From assembly GCF_006345805.1 (NCBI RefSeq), contig NW_021824972.1, positions 1-17,039 of the forward strand: a DNA stretch of 17,039 bases. The letters run 5' to 3'. This document shows positions 9,316-17,039 of this stretch, in pieces (position 1 is the first letter of the stretch; every line of letters begins with the position of its first letter). The notes beneath the pieces are model-generated. The model saw nothing but the letters and a program-made list of their open reading frames with translations, was not told where the DNA came from and did no database searches. The stretch is from Octopus sinensis. Taxonomy: Eukaryota. Made by a program: the position numbers and the translations under genes.

Positions 9316-9368
9316 TGAGTACGTACGTTTCAAGATTAGTCAAATTCGACCCTTCTCTCATCAGCTCA
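9316..9368 (-). ncRNA. Type I hammerhead ribozyme motif, unit 2
   Basis: Identical to 8755-8807, offset by 561 nt. Confidence 0.8.
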
Positions 9369-9472
9369 GAATGCCCTTGTTTGAATTTGAAAACACTGAA
9401 AATGGGAGCATACCCTTTCGGCCTGTTATCGCTTCTGAGGAGACTAATCTTGAAACGTACGTACTCAAGTAA

Positions 9473-10405
9473 TTTATATATATGTGTATGTATTTATATA
9501 TGTATGTATATATATATATGTATGTATTTTATATGTATATGTACGTATATATATGTATGTATTTATATATGTATATTATGTATGGTATTTATATATGTAT
9601 ATATTATGTATGTATTATATATGTATATATATGTATGTATTTATAGGTATATAATATATATATATGTATATATATGTATGTATTTATATATGTATATATA
9701 TGCATGTATTTATATATGTATATATGATGTATTTATATATGTATATATATGTATGTATTTATAATGTATATATAGTATGTATTATATATGTATATATATG
9801 TATGTATTTATATATGTATATATATGTATGTATTTATATATGTATATATATGTATGTATTTATATATGTATATATATGTATGTATTTATAATGATATATA
9901 TGTATGTATATTATATATGTATATATAGTATGTATTATATATGTATATATATTATGTATTTATATCTATATGTATGTATGTATTTATATATGTATGTATA
10001 TATGTATGTATTATATATGTATATAGAGTATTTATATAGTATATATATTATGTTGTGTATATATATGTATATATATGTATGTATTTATATATGTATGTAT
10101 ATGTATGTATGTACATACATGATGCATGTATATATATATGTATGTATGCATCTATGTATATATATATATATATATATAATATATATATATGCATGTATAT
10201 AGCATGTATAGTATGTATGTATATGATGATATATATATGCATGTATATATGTATTATATATATGCATTATATATATGCATGTATATATATGCATGTATTA
10301 TGTGTAGGTTTATGTGTATGTATATATATGTATGTATATATGTGTATGTATATATGTGTATGTATATATATGTATGTATATATGTGTATATATATATATG
10401 TATGC

Positions 10406-10439
<34 letters not shown>

Positions 10440-10620
10440 GGTATATGTATATATATGTAGGTATATGTATATATATGTATGTGTATATATATATATGTAT
10501 GCATATGTATATATATGTATGTGTATATATATATATGTATGCATATGTATATATATGTGTATATGTACATATACGTTAAACATGTACGTTAAACGATGAT
10601 GATGATGTATATATATATGT
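9473..10620. repeat. ~1.15-kb compound (TA)/(TATG) microsatellite/minisatellite array
   Basis: Directly visible; local 26-bp periodicity atatatgtatatatatgtatgtattt around 9780-9890. Confidence 0.95.
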
Positions 10621-10699
10621 ATTACTACTTTGATACTTTGAGGTTTCGGCCATTATGGGCCCAGGCCATGTTTACTTAATAGCACCACCTGGTGAAGTC

Positions 10700-13650
10700 T
10701 TTCAAGTAAGAATTTGGGCACTATGGCCACTCAGTAGAGAGTTATTGTTTACAGAGACATATCCGGGGTTGTAGGGGGTTTATCCGGGATTTCTTGAAGG
10801 AATCTGTCCAAAGACTTCTTGAACCCTATAGGGTCAGTTTCTGTTTTAATGTGTTTTGGTTGTAATGTTAAAGAGAGCGGGGCCAATTGAGGTGAAATAA
10901 TTGTGCCGTATTGTTGTTATGAGATGAGAGTGCGATTTTTGTTTTGGGCGGATGGCACGGGGCCCAAGCCTTGGATGTACTTGAAGGTGATGCAAACATC
11001 ATTTGGGCAATGCTGATGGAATATTTTCCACATCATGCAGATGATGTAGCGCTCACGACGACGTTGGAGAGAATAGAGTTTTAGCTTTTAGCTAGTCGAC
11101 CCCAATAGCCGAGGCCTGTCATGCCATCTATTTTTTGTGATTGCCCTTTGAGGTGCTTCAACTTTTATGATACCTTGTATTGTGTGGGGAGACCATAGTG
11201 GACAACAGTATTCAAGGTGGGGTCGGGCAAAAGTGGAGAAGAGAAGGATAATGGTGTGGATATCTCTCGACTGGAAAGTTCTGAGAATCCAGGAAAACAC
11301 ATTCTGCGGGCCATGTCAACTTTGGTGTTTATATGAGTGGCCCAGCTTATGTTGTTGTCCACAATTACTCCCAAGTCTCTGATGTTGTTGGACGCCACGA
11401 GAGTTTCCACTGAAGGAAGGGAGTATGGGAGTTTCAGGGCATCCTCTTTTCCAAAGTGGATTAGCTCAAATTTATCCTCGTTCAGCAGCATATTGTTTTT
11501 TTCTGCCCATTGGATAACAGCCAGTAGATCTGACTGAGGCATGTCCGGTCACTCGCCTCATTTATGACCTTCTGTAGCTTGGAGTCATCTGCAAAGATTT
11601 TTATGTTGCTGTGCTTGATGATGTCATTAATGTCATTAATGTAAATGATGAAAAGAAGTGGGCCCAGCACAGTGCCTTGCGGAACGCCACTACTGACTTG
11701 GCTGGGCTTGATTTTACCACTTCAACTACAACATGTTGAGATCTTGTCTGTCAGGAAAACATGATCCATTTCAGTAACTTTCCAGAGACACCAATGTTGG
11801 ATAGTTTTTTCAATAGGATCTTGTGATCAACCCTGTCGAAGGCCTTACTGAAATCAAGGTAGATGACATCGGTGTTGGAGCCCTCTCCAAAGCTCTCAAA
11901 GTGATGGCAGGAGCTGCGTTAGGCCAGTCCCTTCCATTACGGAACCCATGTTGGTTGGAGATCAGCCGTCTGTTGCTTTCCAGAAATTGGGGTTTTTATT
12001 CGAGATCTCCCACCCTCTCAAATACCTTGATGATATGAGAGGTGAGTGAGATCGGACGGTAATTCACTGCAAGGGACTTGTTTCCCTTTTTGAAAACTGG
12101 GACAGAAGGTTTTTTGGAATATAGCCAGCATCCAGTGAGTTTCTCCACAGATTAGCAAGGGGAGATGCAAGTTGGTGTCGACACACCTTCAGGACACAAG
12201 CAGGGAACCTATCGGGGCCTACTGCTGAATTGTGTTTTATTTCGTTTATCGCCGCTAAGACATCAGGGGCACTAAACGTTATGTCCGATATAGTGTGTTG
12301 GGGGTTGACATCACTGATACAGCCCAGATCGGCCATATCAGGATTGCTGAAAACAGAGCAGTATTGTTTCTGCAGTATCTCGGCCATGGATTTGGCATTA
12401 TCGCTGGAGAGTGCCAGTTTCGTCAATTAGAGGGCCTACAGTGGAGACAGTGACCCTGCGTTTCCTCGCAAATGAAAAGAACACTTGGGGGTTGAGTTTG
12501 ATTTTTTCAATGGCCCACTTCTCCTCAGCTGATCTTTGGTTATTGATGAGGGTCTTCATGCATTGTTGGAGGTTATATTTTTTAGATTCAAGCAGTGCGA
12601 TAGCCGTCGTCGAATGTGTGTGTTGCTGTTGGCAGTACTTTAGTTTGTTAATTTTTTTGTTTTTTTTTTTATTTTTCTGATAATGGTTTTTCTGTTTTGG
12701 GGGATTCTGCACTTTTTATTCACGGTCTTGGTGGGGAGTGTTTTGCACATATGTCTGTGACGGTGTCTACAAAGATCTGCCAAGATGTTTTATGGTTGGT
12801 GGGAGATGTGTGTTGTTAAAGGACCAGTCAACATGTGATAGCTCGTTCCTGATTGCATCCCAGTTGGCATTATGGAGATCCATGTTGTCAAATGGGTGGG
12901 CTGGAGGAAGGTCACTAGGATTAGCTTTCGGCTGGTGGAATTTCATGTTACAGAGAACCATGTCATGGTCTGAAAGAAGGGTTTTTTCCACTGTAACGTT
13001 ATGTATAGTGTTAGTGTGGTTACTAAACACTAGGTCCAAAATGTTCTGATGTCTTGTTGGTGCAAGGACAAGTTGGGACAAGAAAAACTCATTCGTAAAG
13101 TCGAAAAGTGACTCTGCTGCTTCTTTGTCAGCGGTTGAGGCGGAGGGGAGTGCTTGGTTTCAAACAGTTGTAGTCCAGTCAGCACCAGGGTAGATTGAAG
13201 TCTCCCATCATGAGTATGTTGCTAGAATGGCCACTGTTGAATAAAGCACTTAATGCTGTTGAGGCATTCTTTAAAGCACAGTATGGGTGTTTGGGGCGGC
13301 CTATAGAGCCAAATACTGTCAGGTCATTGGCTTGTTGTGCACGGTGACTGATTCACAGTAGCCGTTGGAGAATATACTATTTCCATCTGCCGTAAATGAA
13401 TCATGGGGCAGGAAAATGGCAGTTCCACACCCCTTCCTCCTGCCGATACGATCCGCAGCGGAGGGTTGTGAAATTCTTCACTCTCACTCACTTCGGCTTC
13501 CAGTGGGAGTTGTCAAGGTGGGTCTCAGTGAGAATGAAGAAAGGGGATGTGGTGTGAATGGTTACCAACCCATTCTTCAATGAATTGGACCTTCCATTTT
13601 GTGCATTGATGGAAGGGCTGACACTTGTGCATTGAGTAGGAATGTGGAGG
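10700..13650 (-). pseudogene. LINE ORF2 (APE + RT) with many frameshifts and stops; boundaries approximate
   Basis: FLLNAQ (~13630-13650), ILTETHL, DRIGRRKGCGTAIFL, YRPP (~13295-13306), PTRHQNILDLVFSN, SDHD (~12962-12973), GPDRFPA, NYRPISLTSH (~12040-12066), YLDFSKAFDRVDH (~11823-11861), [13 protein letters not shown] (~11651-11688), FADD (11584-11595), RDLGVIVD, RPHLEYCCPLWSP. Confidence 0.92.
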
Positions 13651-13699
13651 TTAGTGTAGTGGCTGGTTTGACTGTTGCAAGGGGCCTTGGATTTTTTGG

Positions 13700-14826
13700 T
13701 GTGTTAGTGGCAGCAATGTGGGGAATTGGTGCCTGGGGTAATAGCATAGGATGGTGTTGAGTGATGGCTAGAATGTTTTTGTATCTCTTTTGCCATGTTC
13801 AACATGGCTAAAAAAGAATTTTCCTGCTTAGGGAGCAGTTTTTGGCTGGAGGTGTGGTTGCACTGTTGGATAGGGTTTGTAGTTTCCACTTTTGTTGTTG
13901 TTGTTTTTGTGTCTTCCTGAAAAGACTGGACCAGCATTACTGCAGCATGGTGTGTTTCTATTTTATTTATTTCAGGTTTGTGTGTTGGCTTGAAGCCCCG
14001 TTTCTGTTTGTGCGTCGGGTCCCTGGAAGATGAGTGAAGGGACAGTCACTCAGTAGACATGTTCTCTCACGTTGGGAATACCGGCAGATTTTGGACTCCG
14101 AGTTGTGTGTGTTTTGAATTTCGATTTACTATTTGGTGGTGTTGATGTTATTGTGGGATGCGTGCTTTGGCCTTGGCCGGTAGTGCGTCTAGTGCCGGGT
14201 AAGATGCGTGAAGATGCAGTCACTATTGTGCAGAGTCTCTGGCGCAGTTCAGCGGCATATTGGGGATTTCTTGTTTTGTGCCGTGGGGGGCGCATTCTGC
14301 TTCCTATGTTTCTTTAGTTTTTGTTACTGCAGTAGTATTGAGGTGGTGATTGGGGGAAGAGGGCAATGGTTTCTTATTTGGTTTTCTGTTGGTATTTTTG
14401 GGTGATAGAAGAATGGTGCAGCAGTGGGTGATGATGATGATGATATAATTGTGGTGGTTGCTGTGAGAGCGGTGAAAAGATACTGGCATTTAGTGAATCA
14501 TCTAGTAAGCTAGAGTTGAGGAGTGGCTGTTGTTGTTGTTGTTGTGCTTGACGATGTTAGGGTCAGCCATTGTGCTGGGAACCAGGAGTGGCTCATTCTG
14601 TTGTTGTTGTTGTGGCTGCTGATTTTCTAGCTGTTGCTGTTCTTGAACTGTGAAAATATGAAGAAGCTTTTCATAATGGCCTTTGTCAGTTTTAAGATAC
14701 TTCGATATGTTTCAGCTTTGCTACGAATCTGTTGACGGGATCGTGTGTTGACCACTTGTGATGTTTTTCGGCAATGCGCCTTCAAACACAAACATTTAGA
14801 TTTTCTGTTTGGGAAAGAGAGAGCCA
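13700..14826 (-). pseudogene. Probable LINE ORF1 remnant; Gln/His/Asn-rich with a possible Cys/His finger
   Basis: Lies upstream of APE; caa/cat triplet runs; switching frames near 14190-14260 gives ICR..LRQRLC.NSDCIFTHL.GTRR. Confidence 0.45.
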
Positions 14827-15078
14827 TATACATATGTATTATGTATATATATGTGTATATATGTATATATATGTGTATATATGTATATATATGTGTATAT
14901 ATGTATATATATGTATGTATTTATATATGTGTATATATGTATATATATGTATGTATTTATATATGTATATATATGTATATATATGTGTATATATGTATAT
15001 ATATGTATGTATTTATATATGTATATATATGTATATATATGTGTATATATGTATATATATGTATATATTTATATATGT
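14827..15078. repeat. (TA)/(TATG) microsatellite array
   Basis: Directly visible; separates the LINE 5' end from PLE copy 3. Confidence 0.95.
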
Positions 15079-15591
15079 ATTAGCCAACATAATAGGAAGC
15101 TAATTGAGATTAGACATGGTGCCGAGCCCATTAAGAAATGTAATTGCAAAAACGAAACTTCGTGTCCGTTAGAAGGGAAATGTCTAGTGAAAGGAGTAGT
15201 TGTATAGAGCCAAGGTGCAAGTGGGAAGGCTCATCGGAATACAAGACATACACAGGGGCTTCAGAAAATCATTTAAAACAAGATTTTATTCTCATAAGAA
15301 TTCTTTTAAATACCCAGAGAATAGAAAGAAAACCAGCCTAGCAAAATGTAGCTGGGAACTAAAGAAAAGGAAGCCCCACCTTTCAACGTGACATGGAGCA
15401 TTCTGGACAGGGCGGCACCATACAGGCATGGAGCTTACAAATATAATTTCAAGTGCAGGCTTTGCTTATTAGAAAAAATGCACATATTATTCAAAGACAA
15501 TAATTCTTTGAATCAAAGAAGTGAATTAATGAACTTATGTAGGCACACGGCTAAATTTAAAATGTCGAATATAAATATACCATATGGATAG
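15079..15591 (+). pseudogene. PLE linker plus GIY-YIG endonuclease fragment (frameshifted)
   Basis: [41 protein letters not shown]; FKTRFYSHKNSF; TWSILDRAAPY..KCRLCLLEK..LNQRSELMNLCRH. Confidence 0.9.
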
Positions 15592-16593
15592 AGTATATAT
15601 TTTGTATTTTGATTTTTTGATTTTGATTTTGACTCTTGAGCGCTACGACGGACCTATAGCAAAGTCTTATTGTTTCTACATATATATTAGGAAAAACCTA
15701 CAAACTTTGTTTTCATGTTATTGTATTGCATAAGATTACCTTGATTATTGATATTACCTTGATTATTTATAAATGACCCAAAATAGGATGTTATATTTTA
15801 TTTATATGTCTTTCGTATATATTTTTATTAATGCACCCATTTTTTTAAAAGCAATGTTTTTTTTAAAAAAAGCAATGTTGTCAAATTTAGAATGTTTATA
15901 TAAGTTTGTGTATAGCAAACATATGTATTTGTAAGCATGCGTATCTGTGTATGTGTAAGTGAAAATATGCTTGTGCTTAAGCACGCATACACACGACGGT
16001 ATGTATATGTATCAATTCAAACTTGTGTATGTATACTGGCCTCTATAGATGCCAATAATATCGATACAAGTTTTTTTCCCCACCCCTCCTTCGTTCCTTT
16101 TTCTCTCTTTCCCTTTCTTTCGTTCCCCCTCCTTGCTCAGTATATGAGAATTGCTACATAGATGAATTTTAGCTTGCGTGCGAGACGTTTTGCGTGAATA
16201 TATGTACACATGCTTTTATGTGTATAATTTAGATTCATATTCATACGTCTGTATATGTATGTATGGCGTTTACGCGCATCCTTTTGTGTATGTTGATATA
16301 TATAGTGGATTTTAAATATAAATATGTATTGCAGTATTTATAGCAGGTTTAATTTCTATGCATTAATTTGTACTGTCTTCATTAACGGCAATAGGTTTTT
16401 CCTCGGTTTTTTCCTCGGATTTTATAATTTTTATAAGTTTTTTTATATATATATACATATATTTTTGACTTTTTGTTATCGCTCGAAGATTGACCGTTTT
16501 TCTCTAAAGAGCCAATCAAACAAGTCCATTTCTTTTTAAAGGTGTAGCGTTTGTAAGAGTATAGATTGAATTAATATATATGTTCCATTCTAA

Positions 16594-16643
16594 CAAAAAC
16601 TGTCTGATGAACGGCAACGAGAAACTCAGAGTAACAGATTTTG
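16594..16643 (+). ncRNA. Minimal type I hammerhead ribozyme of PLE copy 3
   Basis: CTGATGA 16604-16610, GAAA 16621-16624, GTA 16631-16633; stem I extendable (ttc-t-aacaaaaactgt/acagattttgtt-gaa). Confidence 0.85.
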
Positions 16644-16890
16644 TTGAATTTTCTGCTGCTTAAAATAAAGCATATTACTCTACCACTGGTATTTGAGTAC
16701 TCTTTTTTCCACCTTGTTTCACATTTATGTGTTTACTCCGGTATATGTATATATATGTATATATATTTATATATAGAGGGCATTATTACACATACATGCC
16801 ACACGCTAAGAGGGACATCAGTCATTTCTACCAAAAAATTTTACTAATCATACCCAATGCAATTTTTCCAAAGCTAGACATTTAAAAAAT

Positions 16891-16963
16891 GAATTTAGTC
16901 TTGTATCACCTTTGATTTCGTACTTATCGCAGTTTCGACCGTACTCATCAGCAAGACTGATTC
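16891..16963 (-). ncRNA. Canonical, fully formed type I hammerhead ribozyme motif
   Basis: Minus strand gaatcagtcttg CTGATGA gtac-g-gtcg-aaactg-cgat-aa-gtac GAAA tca-aagg-tga TA caagactaaattc; predicted AUA cleavage between 16904 and 16903. Confidence 0.88.
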
Positions 16964-17039
16964 TGAACATATCATAAATAAACGAACCTGTACCGTCAAA
17001 GCCGAACAGCTATCTGTTCAACCTTAACGACGCACATGG

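Larger units (their letters stand above)
8552..9472 (-). mobile_element. Apparently non-coding partial tandem repeat (one ~568-bp unit plus a 322-bp partial unit plus a 31-bp inverted cap) with one hammerhead per unit; non-autonomous PLE or retrozyme-like
   Basis: 8552-~8880 repeats at 9120-9441 (tattacattatataaaagggc... to ...cttctgagga); 9442-9472 is the reverse complement of 9311-9341 with one mismatch. Confidence 0.8.
10622..14826 (-). mobile_element. Degraded LINE of the CR1 group (APE endonuclease plus RT)
   Basis: Minus-strand motifs listed under ORF2; 3' end ...gaaacctcaaagtatcaaagtagtaat; both ends abut microsatellite; clade inferred from motif style only. Confidence 0.9.
15079..16743 (+). 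mobile_element. More severely 5'-truncated Penelope-like element (Naiad-type), copy 3
   Basis: Begins at attagccaacataatagg (equivalent to ~4466); full terminus ...gtttactccggta then (TA)n. Confidence 0.93.

Noticed and set aside
8678-9472. ORFs 8678..9010, 8800..9003 and 9251..9472
   Set aside because: No recognisable domain, alternative start codons, and the starts differ between the tandem units
7848-10579. Numerous 60-190-aa ORFs rich in Y/I/M/C/V/H (also 97..369, 936..1154, 14745..15207)
   Set aside because: Translations of (TA)/(TATG) microsatellites, which lack stop codons in several frames; no coding signal
16921-16951. Alternative HHR register using the GAAA inside loop II
   Set aside because: Gives a 1-bp stem II and no adjacent stem I; the outer register pairs all three stems
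1-17039. CRISPR array, prokaryotic operon or host protein-coding exons
   Set aside because: No regularly spaced repeat-spacer units; all recognisable coding remnants are retroelement-derived; short host exons cannot be excluded

Overview
AT-rich, microsatellite-dense animal genomic DNA; the repeat families resemble octopus/cephalopod repeats (inference, no database check). No host gene is recognisable and the window is almost all retroelement-derived. (1) Four pieces of one Penelope-like element (PLE; RT plus GIY-YIG, Naiad-type): a terminus at 1-39, a ~4.25-kb head-to-head fold-back of two 5'-truncated copies (1716-3926 minus, 3927-6037 plus, 11-nt loop) and a third copy at 15079-16743. (2) A degraded CR1-group LINE on the minus strand (10622-14826). 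(3) Two tRNA-derived SINEs and one probable non-LTR 3' end. (4) Many type I hammerhead ribozyme (HHR) motifs found by manual folding: seven with an intact CUGANGA/GAAA core, in four unrelated sequence contexts, plus three degenerate or chimeric ones. Two of them sit in tandem 561 nt apart in an apparently non-coding, retrozyme-like unit. Most ORF-track entries are microsatellite translation noise. Many frameshifts are homopolymer-type indels and may be sequencing or assembly errors.
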